Source: an uncultured delta proteobacterium
Lineage (GTDB): Bacteria > Myxococcota_A > UBA9160 > UBA6930
Length of the DNA: 64,000 nt
Direction: 5' to 3'
Assembly (NCBI GenBank): GCA_963722885.1
Contig: CAVROS010000015.1
Coordinates: 125,282 to 189,281 of the forward strand
In this document: positions 49,301 to 59,583 of the stretch, in pieces
How the letters are laid out: each line of letters opens with the position of its first letter
Numbering within the stretch: the stretch's first letter is position 1
Program-made: the position numbers and the translations under genes
The notes under the pieces: generated by a model
Seen by the model: the letters and a program-made list of their open reading frames with translations, nothing else
What the model was told of the DNA's origin: nothing
Databases searched by the model: none

Positions 49301-50194
49301 TCAGTGCTCTGCGGCGGCGGTGTGCTCGGCGATGGCCTCCACCAGGGTCGGGATCAGGCCCGGGGCCACGTCGTGTCCCATCCCGGGAATCAGGCGCAGC
49401 TCGGCGCCGGGAATTCGCTTGGCCGTGTCCATCCCGGCCTCGACCGGGATCAGCGGATCGTCGACACCGTGGATCACCAGGGTCGGGACGCGGATGGTCT
49501 TGAGCAGCTCGGCGCGTTCTCCCCCGGTCAGAACCGCCAACATCTGCCGGCTGATGCCTTCGGGGCAGTGGCAGCGATCGTAGGCTCTCTCGGCCGCCGC
49601 GCGCAGGTAGGCGTCCCCGGGCGGGTAGCCGGGGCTCCCGAACACCTTCTCTGTTTCTACGCTGTGCTGGATCACCGACTCCCGGTCGTCCGGGTCCTCG
49701 GGGCGGGACATCAGTGCGGCGGCGGCCTCGGGGGTCGGTCCTGGAAGCCCCGGGGCGCCCGAGGAGGACATGATCGAGGTGAGGCTGCGCAGGCGTTCCC
49801 CGTGCCGAATCGCCAGCAGCTGGGCGATCATTCCGCCCATCGAGATCCCCGCTACGTGGGCGGTCTCCACCTCGAGGGCGTCGAGCAGACCCACCACGTC
49901 GAGGGCCATGTCGCCAATGCGGTAGGGAGCGTCGATGGGATCTCCGCGCGCCGCGCGGCCCATGGCCTCGCCGATGTCGATCGAGCCCGCCCTGTGGAAT
50001 TTGGTCGAGAGCCCCGCGTCCCGGTTGTCGAAGGTGATGACGCGGTGCCCGCGCTCCACCAGAGCTGCCAGGAACGCGTCGGGCCAGGCGGTTCGCTGGG
50101 TGCCGAGCCCGCGAATCAGCAGCAGAGGGACGCCCTTCGCCTCTCCGAACACCTCGGCATCGATCTCGATTCCGTTGGCCTTGAAAGCGGTCAT
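49301..50194 (-). CDS. alpha/beta-fold hydrolase
   Basis: Nucleophile elbow GISMGG, HGVDD, and catalytic His near the C-terminus (GMGHD). Confidence 0.9.
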   Translation of the reverse strand: MTAFKANGIEIDAEVFGEAKGVPLLLIRGLGTQRTAWPDAFLAALVERGHRVITFDNRDAGLSTKFHRAGSIDIGEAMGRAARGDPIDAPYRIGDMALDVVGLLDALEVETAHVAGISMGGMIAQLLAIRHGERLRSLTSIMSSSGAPGLPGPTPEAAAALMSRPEDPDDRESVIQHSVETEKVFGSPGYPPGDAYLRAAAERAYDRCHCPEGISRQMLAVLTGGERAELLKTIRVPTLVIHGVDDPLIPVEAGMDTAKRIPGAELRLIPGMGHDVAPGLIPTLVEAIAEHTAAAEH

Positions 50195-50277
50195 TTCGGC
50201 TCCCACGGGGTATGGCTCGGGACGTCAGCGAGCTTACACTGGATGCCGGTCTCGTCGCAGCGGAAGGAGGCGTCCAG

Positions 50278-50784
50278 ATGGTTCGTGTTCTCAAGTGGCT
50301 CGGGCTCGTGATCCTGGGGATCGCGGCGCTCGCGGTGTGCATCGTCTTTGCGGCGCGTTTCGCGGATGGGCCCCTGGGGCCGGTCCCCGGCGGCCCGATG
50401 AGCGGCGAGCGCGTCGCCGGGCCGGTGACGGACTGGGACTTCCTTGTGGAGCGCGACACCGTCGAGCTGGAGGTGAATCCGGACGCGCCGCGCTCGATCA
50501 CCACCTGGGTGGTGGGGTACGGAGGGCAGCCCTACCTCCCCTCGGGCTACGGGGCCCGGAAGACCTGGACGGCACAGCTGGCCGCGGACGGGCGCGCCGT
50601 GCTGCGGGTGGACGGGAAGCTCTACGAGCGGCAGGCGGTGCGGGTGACCGACGAGGAGCTTCTCCAGGAGCTGCGGGCGGTGCTGATTCGCAAGTACGAC
50701 CTGGACCCGGAGGGCAACTTCTCCGGCCCCGCCACCTGGTTCTTCCGCCTCGACCCGCGCGAGTCGCTGTCACCCCCCCAGTGA
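50278..50784 (+). CDS. hypothetical membrane-anchored protein
   Basis: N-terminal TM (WLGLVILGIAALAVCIVFAA) followed by a soluble domain. No family was recognised. Confidence 0.45.
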   Translation: MVRVLKWLGLVILGIAALAVCIVFAARFADGPLGPVPGGPMSGERVAGPVTDWDFLVERDTVELEVNPDAPRSITTWVVGYGGQPYLPSGYGARKTWTAQLAADGRAVLRVDGKLYERQAVRVTDEELLQELRAVLIRKYDLDPEGNFSGPATWFFRLDPRESLSPPQ

Positions 50785-51276
50785 GGGGTCTTTGAGGAAC
50801 ATGGCCGTCTGGTCGCCGAAATAGACCGGGGTCTCCTCCTGCCAGAAGCGGAGCTCGCAGCGCATCACGATGCGCTTCGGACCCACCCGGGTCCGGGTCT
50901 CCCGGGACTCGAGTCGCAGCGGCGGACCCAGCCGGGCCAGATTCTTGAAGTCCGCGCGGTGGATGCGGCATCCGAAGCCCGCCCAGCCGTCCTCCCAGCG
51001 GCAGCCGTGGAAGAACCAGGCGTGCAGACAGCCGATGCTGCCCGTGATCTGGAGCAGCTCCCCCGCGTTGACGTGGGCCGGATGTCCCGGGTCGACGCGC
51101 TGATGCCGGCTGAAGGGGAGCTCGCGGGTGGTGTCCATCCGCGCCTCGATGACCCGGGCCTCGGGATCGATCTTCACCACCTCGTCCACCAGGAATGCCT
51201 CCTCCCGGTAGCTGAAGGTGTCGAGGAAGCGGCGCATCTCCGCGGGATCGTAGGGTCCGGGTACCTCTCGGGGCAT
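50770..51276 (-). CDS. hotdog-fold dehydratase-like protein (FabA/FabZ-like)
   Basis: FSRHQRVDPGHPAHVNAGELLQITGSIG resembles the FabZ HFPG-P-PG-LLIE active-site region. Confidence 0.6.
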   Translation of the reverse strand: MPREVPGPYDPAEMRRFLDTFSYREEAFLVDEVVKIDPEARVIEARMDTTRELPFSRHQRVDPGHPAHVNAGELLQITGSIGCLHAWFFHGCRWEDGWAGFGCRIHRADFKNLARLGPPLRLESRETRTRVGPKRIVMRCELRFWQEETPVYFGDQTAMFLKDPSLGG

Positions 51277-51396
51277 GCGGTGTGTATATCGCCAGCACTC
51301 GATTTGGGCGAGGGGAAGCGAGTGGGTGAGAGATGGTCGCTAGACTCGTCCTCGCCGGCTGGCGAGACGCCAGCCGGCGAGGAGGTGATCTCCGCG

Positions 51397-52223
51397 ATGA
51401 CGGAGCCGGGTTTTCGAGTCGCGGCCGGTGTCGCCGCCTGTCTCTGGACGCTTGCCATCCTGGCGCCGGGGGGGCGGGGGCGCGGGATCGGGGCGCCGAC
51501 GGCCGCTTTGCCACCCGCCGATCCTCGCATTTCGTCCTCTACCAGGATGTGGACATCGATCGGGCCTCGGGCTGGACCGGCTCGGTGCAGTTCGAGAAGC
51601 AGGTGCTGGCGGCGCTGGAGAGCGCCCACGACCGACTCGACCAGCTCCTGGGCCTGCGCCCAGGCCGGGACGTGGAAGTGTGGGTCTACGATCCGGCTAT
51701 CTTCGACACGCTCTTCGGAGGCCGATTTCGCTTTCCGGTGGCTGGCTTCTACCACGGCGCGGTCCGGGTGCGCGGTGACGTCGAGCTGACCCCGCATCTA
51801 TCGCGGGTGCTTCACCACGAGCTGGTCCACGCCGCCATCGATTTCGCGTCCCCCTCCTATCGACCTCCCGCCTGGGTGAACGAGGGGATCGCGGAGTGGT
51901 TCGAGAATCGCGCCACAGGCAAACGGCGTCTCAGTCCCGGTGAGTGGGCTGCACTGGCCGAGGCCAGCCGCCGAGATGTGTGGATTTCCGCCCCATTACT
52001 GCTCCAGCCGAGCTTCGCGGCGCTTCCCGCCGAGTCCGTGGGCCTCGCTTACCTGCAGTCCTACGCCAGCATCGATCTGCTGGTGCGTCGCCGGGGCGAG
52101 CGCAGCCTCGAGAGCTTCCTCCATACCCTGCTCCGGCTTCGCGACTCCGATCGGGCCCTTCGCCGCATCTACCGGATGGATCTCCCGAGGATCGGGGAAA
52201 CGCTCCGGGCGGAGCTGCGCTGA
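51397..52223 (+). CDS. putative secreted zinc metallopeptidase (HExxH; DUF1570/MA-clan-like); frameshift in a G8 homopolymer near 51468
   Basis: The signal peptide is in ORF 50959..51789 (MTEPGFRVAAGVAACLWTLAILAPGG). The body in ORF 51333..52223 has HHELVHAAID and a downstream E (WVNEGIAEWFE). Confidence 0.55.
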
Positions 52224-52342
52224 GACGCCAGACAGCGGCGGCGAGCGGATAAAGGATCTACTTCCCAGCCGGTAGACGCGTCTTTTCCCGGCATGGACGT
52301 GTCTACTCGCTTACCATCGGAGATCTGACAGGGAGGTTCTTC

Positions 52343-53431
52343 GTGCAACTGCATCCGATGATCGAGCTCTCGGCCAACCACGAGGTCAGACAGGCGAAGG
52401 GATTCAAGGATGCCGCCGCCGCACTGACCGGGGAAGAGCTCGCGGGAATGTACGAGACGGAGCTGGCCAATGCGCCGAAGCGTGCCGAGGCTGGGAAGAA
52501 GTTCCTGGTCAAGGCGAAGCCTCCCACCACCCGTCGCGCCCACAAGGACGAGGAGCACCTTTCTCTGGCCCTGCTCAAGTACGGCCGCGATTCCGGCGAG
52601 GGACTGGCTCTTCCCGGTGTCGGGAATCTCGATCTTCTCGCTGCGCAGGTTCCCATGGCGACGGCGAGCGTCGATCGCTCCCTGGGTGACGCGGATCCGA
52701 ACAAGGGTGTCGGCAAGATCGATCTGCTCGGCGTCGGTCCCGAAGACCGTCTGGTGGTGGCGAAGCTCAAGTTTGCAGCGCCCGGAGCGACCCGAGGCGG
52801 CACCGGGGATACGCCGCTGCGCGCGTTCCTGGACGGGCTTGCCCAGACTGCCATCGCCGCTGCGAACCGGGAATCCCTGGCGTCGGAGGTCGCGGCCGCG
52901 CAGGAGCGCACTCTCTCCGACGCGCCCCCGCTCTTCGCCCTGGTGGCAAGTCCCCGCTACTGGGAACTCTGCCGCAAGCGCGAGGCTCAGAAGGGTGCAG
53001 CGTGGATTCGAGAGATGGAGAGGCTCGCCCGCGAGGCCGAGGAGTCGATCGGCGTTCAGGTGCTGTACCTGGCCATTTCCCTCGAAGGAGATCCGGGCTG
53101 GGAGTACGGCGAGGAGGGCCCCGTCCTCACGGCGGCACCCCAGCTGACCGCCGCCTGGGAGGCCCGCGCGGGAGTCGTGAAGCCGAAGGCGAAGCCCCGG
53201 CCCAAGGCCCAGGCTGCGGTCGTCGAGACGATCGTCGAGGCGGATCTCTCCCGGCCGATCCGGGACTACCTCCTCACCGAGAGCTACAGCGCCGGCGACC
53301 GCATCTCTCATCCCACTCTCGGCACCGGCGTGGTCCAGGGCAGCGCGGGAGTCGGCAAGGTCCGAGTGCTCTTCGACGGGAAGAAGGCCCTCCTCGTCCA
53401 CCAGAGACCCGTCTCGAGCTCCTCGACCTGA
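52343..53431 (+). CDS. hypothetical protein with possible PD-(D/E)xK nuclease-like core and C-terminal DUF3553-like domain
   Basis: The central segment EEHLS...GNLDLL...GKIDLLGVGPEDRLVVAKLKF resembles the E / D / (D/E)xK arrangement (weak). The C-terminus GDRISHPTLGTGVV...GKVRVLFDGKKALLV resembles DUF3553. Confidence 0.5.
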   Translation: MQLHPMIELSANHEVRQAKGFKDAAAALTGEELAGMYETELANAPKRAEAGKKFLVKAKPPTTRRAHKDEEHLSLALLKYGRDSGEGLALPGVGNLDLLAAQVPMATASVDRSLGDADPNKGVGKIDLLGVGPEDRLVVAKLKFAAPGATRGGTGDTPLRAFLDGLAQTAIAAANRESLASEVAAAQERTLSDAPPLFALVASPRYWELCRKREAQKGAAWIREMERLAREAEESIGVQVLYLAISLEGDPGWEYGEEGPVLTAAPQLTAAWEARAGVVKPKAKPRPKAQAAVVETIVEADLSRPIRDYLLTESYSAGDRISHPTLGTGVVQGSAGVGKVRVLFDGKKALLVHQRPVSSSST

Positions 53432-53471
53432 TTCGGGCTCTCGATTCCGGATTGCGCGGTGCGCAGGCCGA

Positions 53472-54240
53472 TCAGAATCGGTCCGGGCGCACCTCTGCGT
53501 CGTTTCCGCCGTCGATGTAGTAGATGCTTCCGTGGATCCAGGACGCATCGGGCCCGAGCAGGAACGAGACCAGCCCTGCGATCTCGTCCGGCGCTCCCCG
53601 GCGCCCGAGCGGTACCTGCAGGGTGCGGATCGCCTCGCCGAAACGGGGATCGTCGAGACCACCCTCGAGCAGTGGTGTCTCCACGGGGCCCGGAGCCACC
53701 CCATTCAGTCGCACCCCGGCACGGCCCCACTCCCCCGCCCGGCGTCGCAAGGCCCGACCCAGGGCGTTCTTGGAGCCTGCGTAGGCGAGGAAGGGCTCGC
53801 CGGATTCCTCCAGGAAGCGGTGTGCACCGGCTTCGTCGTGGGCCAGCAACGCCGCCGTGTAGGGGTGGTCTTCGAGAGGGATGAACTGGGCCGAGTTCGA
53901 GCAGATCACCACGACGGCCGGATCCTCGCCCCGCTGCAGCGCGGGAAGCAGTCCGTCGAGCAGCTCGACAGCGCCGAAGTAGTTGACAGAGGCGATCAGC
54001 GATATCGGAGTGACGTGGACCCCGAGCCCGGCCGAGAGGACGAGCCGGTCCAGACGGCCCTCGCAGTGCTCCTCCACCCTGGCGATGGCGGCCTCGCGTC
54101 CTCGCCTGGTCGGAGAGGTCGATCTCGATCTCCGCATCGCGGACGTCGATCCCGATGATCCGGTCGCCCTGTCTCTCCAGACGCGATCGCACCGCCGCGC
54201 CGATCCCCGATGCCGACCCGCTGACTGCTGCCGTTCCCAT
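53472..54240 (-). CDS. SDR-family oxidoreductase; 1-nt frameshift near 54110
   Basis: The N-terminus VSGSASGIGAA is in ORF 53308..54240. The NAG/YxxxK core (LSAGLG, YAGSKNA) is in ORF 53472..54137. Confidence 0.75.
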
Positions 54241-54330
54241 CTTTCCCTCCGTACCGCAACTTCCGCGATGAGCTTAGCTCGACGTGAGGGCCGTCCATCG
54301 GGCAGGCGGACAGGGTGGATTCCTCTCTGT

Positions 54331-55485
54331 ATGCTGCGCCGAATGGCCCGCTCCCGTCGTCGCCGCTACGAGCTCGCGGACCCCGAGCTCAACCAGTTGA
54401 TCGAGGAATTGATCGACCGCGCCCAGGAGATCTACGGCCAGCGGTCGGGTGCGGACCTGATCCGGCAGGTGGTCGTCTCCGCCCTGCGGCTGATGAGGGA
54501 CGACGCGTCCACGGGCGACCTGAAGCTCATCAACAGCGCTCTCAAGGAGCTGCGCCACTCCTTTTCCGTCTTCGGACCCTACAAGCACGTGCGAAAGGTC
54601 GCCGTCTTCGGCAGCGCGCGAACCGAGCCAGGCCATCCCGACTGGGAGCAGGCCCGCTCGTTCGCGGAGCGGATGGTGGCCGAGGGTTGGATGGTGATCA
54701 CCGGCGCCGGAGACGGGATCATGGGCGCCGCGCAGGGAGGCGCGGGCCGGGAAGCCTCCTTCGGCGTCAACATACGGCTTCCACTCGAGCAGGATGCCAA
54801 CGTCGTCATCGCCGGCGACCCGAAGCTGATCAACTTCCGCTACTTCTTCACGCGCAAGGTGGTCTTCGTCAAGGAGGCCCATGCGATCGCCCTGTTTCCG
54901 GGTGGCTTCGGCACCCACGACGAGGGCTTCGAGGCGCTGACGCTGATGCAGACGGGCAAGGGCGAGATCCTGCCCGTCGTGTTCGTGGATGCGCCGGGCG
55001 GTAGCTACTGGAGGGAATGGATCGCCTACCTGAGCTCCCATCTGCGAGGGCGGGGAATGATCGGCGAGGAAGATCTCTCGCTGTTTCGCGTGACCGATGA
55101 CCTGGACACCGCGGTCGAGGAGATCGCCGGCTTCTACCGGAACTACCACTCGAGCCGCTACGTGGACGATCTGCTGGTGCTCCGAGTGCGCCGCGGACCC
55201 GATCCGGAGCAGCTCGACGCATTGAACAGCGAATTCTCCGACATCCTCGCCGGCGGGAAGATCGAGGTGCGGCCGGTGCTGCCCCGGGAGGCCGGTGAGG
55301 TGGATCACTATCCGCGCGTCACCCTGCGCTTCAACCACATCAGAATCGGACGGTTGCGCCAGCTGATCGATCGCCTCAACAGCTTCGTTGGCGAGGCCGC
55401 GCCGCCCGGCGAGGCCAGCCCCCGCGAGATCGTCGCGGCAGAGATCCCCCCCGAGGCCGAGCGCGCCGAGGAGGATGACGGATAG
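54331..55485 (+). CDS. LOG-family protein with N- and C-terminal extensions (PpnN-like nucleotide 5'-monophosphate nucleosidase)
   Basis: LOG core AVFGSARTEPGHP...VITGAGDGIMGAAQGGA...PGGFGTHDEGFEALTLMQTGK. Total length ~385 aa with flanking domains. Confidence 0.8.
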   Translation: MLRRMARSRRRRYELADPELNQLIEELIDRAQEIYGQRSGADLIRQVVVSALRLMRDDASTGDLKLINSALKELRHSFSVFGPYKHVRKVAVFGSARTEPGHPDWEQARSFAERMVAEGWMVITGAGDGIMGAAQGGAGREASFGVNIRLPLEQDANVVIAGDPKLINFRYFFTRKVVFVKEAHAIALFPGGFGTHDEGFEALTLMQTGKGEILPVVFVDAPGGSYWREWIAYLSSHLRGRGMIGEEDLSLFRVTDDLDTAVEEIAGFYRNYHSSRYVDDLLVLRVRRGPDPEQLDALNSEFSDILAGGKIEVRPVLPREAGEVDHYPRVTLRFNHIRIGRLRQLIDRLNSFVGEAAPPGEASPREIVAAEIPPEAERAEEDDG

Positions 55486-55545
55486 GACAGCTGGGGGGGG
55501 CGGGGGCGGGCTGGAGGAGGGCCGGGAGCCGGAGTTCTCCATGTC

Positions 55546-55573
55546 TGGCCATCCGATCCGGGTGGGTTATGAT
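55546..55573 (+). promoter_or_regulatory. candidate promoter of cspA-like gene: TGGCCA-16 nt-TATGAT, giving a ~80-nt leader
   Basis: Hexamers read from the sequence. A long 5' UTR is typical of cspA-family genes. Confidence 0.25.
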
Positions 55574-55653
55574 CACGCCGCTTCGAGCCCCGCCCCGGCG
55601 GGGACCGAAGCGAGGATTTGCATTACGGGTCCCGAACAGGGACCGCAGGAGAG

Positions 55654-55863
55654 ATGAGTTTGTCAACTGGCACAGTGAAATGGTTCAGCGACGAGAAGGG
55701 ATACGGGTTCATCGTTCCCGATGACGGAGGGAAGGATCTCTTCGTCCATCATTCAAACATTCAGGGCGAAGGCTTCAAGACCCTTCAAGACGGCCAGCAG
55801 GTGGAGTACGAGGCACAGCAAGGCAAGAAGGGGATGGAGGCTACACAAGTACGACCCTGCTAA
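55654..55863 (+). CDS. cold-shock protein (CspA family)
   Basis: [15 protein letters not shown] (RNP1) and DLFVHHS (RNP2); 69 aa. RBS AGGAGAG. Confidence 0.95.
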   Translation: MSLSTGTVKWFSDEKGYGFIVPDDGGKDLFVHHSNIQGEGFKTLQDGQQVEYEAQQGKKGMEATQVRPC

Positions 55864-55888
55864 GCGCGGGATCATTTCGAAAAAAGAG

Positions 55889-55922
55889 GGCCCCGGCAAT
55901 GCCGGGGCCTTCCTGTTTTCTT
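55889..55922 (+). terminator. rho-independent terminator after the csp gene: GGCCCCGGC-AAT-GCCGGGGCC followed by TTCCTGTTTTCTT
   Basis: A 9-bp GC stem plus a T-rich tract, read from the sequence. Confidence 0.6.
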
Positions 55923-55978
55923 GGCAAGCCCGGCGAGCCCGAGGCGAACGAAGTCCACCAGGTGGGCCGCGGCGCAGG

Positions 55979-57398
55979 CTAGATGGAAGGACGGCGATCG
56001 AACCAGGGTCGGGCCTGCTCGAGCTGACCCGCGAGGCGGAATAGCGTCGCCTCGTCGCCGAAGCGCCCGGCGAACTGCACGCCGATGGGCAGACCGGCGG
56101 CGTTCCACACCAGCGGCACGGACATGGCCGGGTTCCCCGCCGCGTTGAAGAGCTGGGTGAAACCGACGGTCTTCAGGAGGCTCTCGAGGAATTCGCCGAA
56201 GTCCGGGTTGGAGAGGGAGAGAACCCCCAGAGGGAGAGGGGGTGTGGCCATGGTGGGCGTGAGCAGTACGTCGTAGCGCTCCAGAAAGCCTGCCACCTGG
56301 CGGCCGATGCCGTGGATGACGCGGACCGAGCGGGCGTACTCGGCCGCTCCGGTTGCCGCCGCCCCTGTCACCATGGCGTAGGTCACGGGCTCCAGATCGT
56401 CCGGACCGAACTCCCGCCCCAGGGTGGCGGCCCGGTCCTCGCAGGTGGCGCGCAGATTCGCGGCGATGATGGTGCCGGTCGCCTGCCGGAAGGTCTCGGT
56501 ATCGATGGAGAGCGAGGTCTCCTCGACCTCGTGACCGAGCTCCGCGCAGACTCGCGCCGCCTCCTCGACGGCGGCGACACAGTCCGGATGGGTCTCGACG
56601 TCGTTGAAGGTGCGGCTCTGAAAGGCGATGCGCAGTCGACCCGGCGAACGACCCACCTCCTCCAGGTAGGGGCGCTCCGGAGGCGACGCCCAGTAGGGCG
56701 CACCGAGGTCCGGTCCACTGCTGGCATCCAGCAGAGCGGCATTGTCGCGGACCGAGCGGCTCACCGCGTGGACCGCGCTCATGCCGCTCCAGCCCTCGCC
56801 CGCATCCGGACCCGCGGGCGTGCGGGCGCGGGTGGGCTTCATTCCGAACAGACCGCAGCAGGAGGCGGGAATGCGGATCGAGCCACCGCCATCGCTGGCG
56901 TTGGCCAGGGGGACGATCCCCGCAGCGACGGCTGCCGCGGCGCCGCCCGAGGAGCCGCCGGCGGTGTGGTCGGTGTTCCAGGGGTTCCGCGTCTGTCCGA
57001 AGAGCTTCGACTCCGTGGTGGTGGTGAGGCCGAATTCGGGGGAGGCGGTCTTGCCGAAGATCACCAGCCCGGCATTCCGGTAGCGGGTCACGATCTCGCT
57101 GTCGTGATCGGCGACGAAGTCCTCGAAGAGCCGGCAGCCGTAGCTGGTGCGCGCACCGCTGGTGAGGAGGTGGAGATCCTTCAGCAGGAAGGGAACGCCG
57201 CGGAAGGGCCCGTCGGGGAGATCGCCGGCGGCCTGCCTTCCGGGCCTCGTCGATCATGGGAATGACGACGGCGTTGAGCTTCGGATTTCGCTCCTCGAGC
57301 CGCGCGATCGCCGCCTCGAGGATCTCGGAGGGTTTCGCCTCGCCCTTCCTGATCAGCTCGGCCAGACCCAGGGCATCGTAGGATTCGTAGTCGTTCAC
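55979..57398 (-). CDS. amidase (amidase-signature family); 1-nt frameshift near 57250
   Basis: The N-terminus (MNDYESYDALGLAELIRKGE...) is in ORF 55872..57398. The AS core GGSSGGAAAAVAAG...SDGGGSIRIPAS is in ORF 55979..57091. Confidence 0.8.
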
Positions 57399-57414
57399 GG
57401 CATTTCCCTTCCGC

Positions 57415-58083
57415 TCATATCGACACCCAGGGTCGATTCAGTTCGTCCTCTGGCTCCTCGCACAGCCACCAGTCCGAGATCTTCTCGATGGGTCGCTCGA
57501 CGAAGTCTGCCGGAAGCTCGCTGTTCTTCAGGAAGAAGGCATTGGGCGCATAGCTTTCCGCGTGCACCAGGGTGTAGCCCTTCTCTCGGCCGAGCTTCTG
57601 GAGGGCAGCCAGGCTGGCCCCGTGGTAGGGGGTCTTGTCCCAATGGAAGTCGGCGCTGTAGGGAATCGTCTTGCGCACCGACGGTCCGAAGAAGATGTTG
57701 TACTCGATCACCACCACCCGGGGGTGGTAGCCGTCGATGGCCTTCCAGATCCAGTAGTCGTTGCCGTCGACGTCGATCGAGAGCAGATCGAAGTCGGGCG
57801 GCACCCGGTACCGGGCAAACAGTTCGTTCACGTTCTCGGCAGTGACGAACTCGTTCTGCACCGGCTCGCGGACCCGCTCGGCATCGCCCTCCATCAGCAG
57901 GCCCGACCAGCCGTGGTCGATGCGCAGGTGGGCCGTGTTCGACTCCACGCATCCGTCCTTGGCGCCGAACTCGACGAAGTAGCGGTTGGCGGTGCCGATG
58001 CACTCGAAGATTCGCAGCAGGACACCGTCTTCTCCGCACTGGGAGCGAAAGCTCCGTTCGTGGGCTCTCAAGTCGCTCAGCAT
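57415..58083 (-). CDS. FkbM-family class I SAM-dependent methyltransferase
   Basis: YFVEFGAKDGCVESNT...GWSGLLMEGD matches the FkbM domain pattern. The ATG at 58083 lies after GGAG. The GTG start at 58143 in the ORF track lacks an RBS. Confidence 0.6.
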   Translation of the reverse strand: MLSDLRAHERSFRSQCGEDGVLLRIFECIGTANRYFVEFGAKDGCVESNTAHLRIDHGWSGLLMEGDAERVREPVQNEFVTAENVNELFARYRVPPDFDLLSIDVDGNDYWIWKAIDGYHPRVVVIEYNIFFGPSVRKTIPYSADFHWDKTPYHGASLAALQKLGREKGYTLVHAESYAPNAFFLKNSELPADFVERPIEKISDWWLCEEPEDELNRPWVSI

Positions 58084-58163
58084 GGGTGGCTCCGCATCTC
58101 CCAGGTGCTTCTCAGGGGCTCTGATCCTAGCGAACGCGATCACGCTCCGGGTAGAATGCGCCC

Positions 58164-59582
58164 ATGGACGACATACTCACGCTCAGCCTGACCGAGCTCA
58201 CGGGTCGACTGCGGGCCGGCAAGGTCTCCCCCGTCGAGCTCATGGGATCCGTTCTCGACCGGATCGACCAGACCAACGGCGATCTGAACGCCTTCGTCGC
58301 GATGCGGGAGCGCGATGTCCTGTTGGCCGATGCCAGGGATTCCGAGGAGCGCATCCAACGGGGCGAGGCCGGGCCTCTGGAGGGAGTTCCCCTTGGCGTG
58401 AAGGATCTCGAGCACGCCGAGGGGCTGCCGAACACCGAGGGCAGTCTCATCTACAAGGACCGCATTTCGGATCACGACGATGTCCACGTGGCCCGCCTCA
58501 AGGCCGCGGGCGCCATCGTGATCGGGAAGACCAACGCCCCGGAGTTCGGTCACACCGCCGTCACCAAGAACCTGGTCTACGGGGTCACCCGCTCCCCCTG
58601 GAACCTGGAGCGTACACCGGGCGGATCCAGCGGCGGATCCGCGGCGGCCATGGCGGGGTGTGTGTGTCCCCTGGTGACGGCCAGCGACGGCGGCGGCTCG
58701 ATCCGGATCCCCGCCAGCTTCACCGGGACCTTCGGGCTGAAGCCCTCCTACGGTCGGGTTCCGCGGGGACCGATCGAGCACTGGGACTACGACGACACCT
58801 CCTGCTACGGGCCGCTCACCAAGACCGTCGAGGACGCCGCCCTGTATCTGGATCAGGTCGCCGGCCCCTCGCCCTACGATCCGAACACACTCCCGGCTCC
58901 GGGTTTCTCCTACCTGGACGCCCTCGGGGAGGCTCTTCCCTCCGGGCTGCGGATCGGCTTCTCGCCGGATCTCGGCTACGCAGTGGTCCAAGGGGACGTA
59001 GCCGCCGCCGTGGAGGCGGCGGTGGGCATCTTCGACAAGCTCGGCCACCGTGTGAGCCCGCTCCCAGGCGGCCCGCCCTGGATGGGTCGAGACTGGGGCC
59101 TGCTCGGCGCCTTCGAGTTGGCCGCCCGTATCCACGAATACCTGCCCGATCGCGAATCCGAGATGGGGCGGGCCCTCATCGCCGGGGTCAAGACCGGCTG
59201 GTCGATGACCCCCGAGCGCTGGCGGAGCATCGGGGACCAGCGGGTCGAGCTGAACCGCTGGTGCGCCGAGGCCTTCGAGCGCTTCGACCTGCTGGTGACG
59301 CCCACCGTTCCCTACGACCCACCGCCGGCCAAGGGACCTTTCCCCGCCGAGACCGAGGGGCGGCCCCAGTCGATGGCGGGCGTCGCCTCCTTCACCATTC
59401 CCTTCAATCTCTCCTGGCACCCGGCGGCGACGATGCGCGTGGGGCGGTCGCAGCTGGGGCTCCCGATCGGAATGCAGATCGTGGGACCGCGCCACCGCGA
59501 GGAGCTGGTGCTGCAGGCCTCGCTGGCCTTCCAGCGCGAGTGCCCGTGGCACCCCGAGTGGCCGATCCGTTGGCCCGATTGA
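58164..59582 (+). CDS. amidase (amidase-signature family)
   Basis: GGSSGGSAAAMAG...SDGGGSIRIPASF. A 472-aa intact ORF. Confidence 0.9.
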   Translation: MDDILTLSLTELTGRLRAGKVSPVELMGSVLDRIDQTNGDLNAFVAMRERDVLLADARDSEERIQRGEAGPLEGVPLGVKDLEHAEGLPNTEGSLIYKDRISDHDDVHVARLKAAGAIVIGKTNAPEFGHTAVTKNLVYGVTRSPWNLERTPGGSSGGSAAAMAGCVCPLVTASDGGGSIRIPASFTGTFGLKPSYGRVPRGPIEHWDYDDTSCYGPLTKTVEDAALYLDQVAGPSPYDPNTLPAPGFSYLDALGEALPSGLRIGFSPDLGYAVVQGDVAAAVEAAVGIFDKLGHRVSPLPGGPPWMGRDWGLLGAFELAARIHEYLPDRESEMGRALIAGVKTGWSMTPERWRSIGDQRVELNRWCAEAFERFDLLVTPTVPYDPPPAKGPFPAETEGRPQSMAGVASFTIPFNLSWHPAATMRVGRSQLGLPIGMQIVGPRHREELVLQASLAFQRECPWHPEWPIRWPD

Positions 59583-59583
59583 T

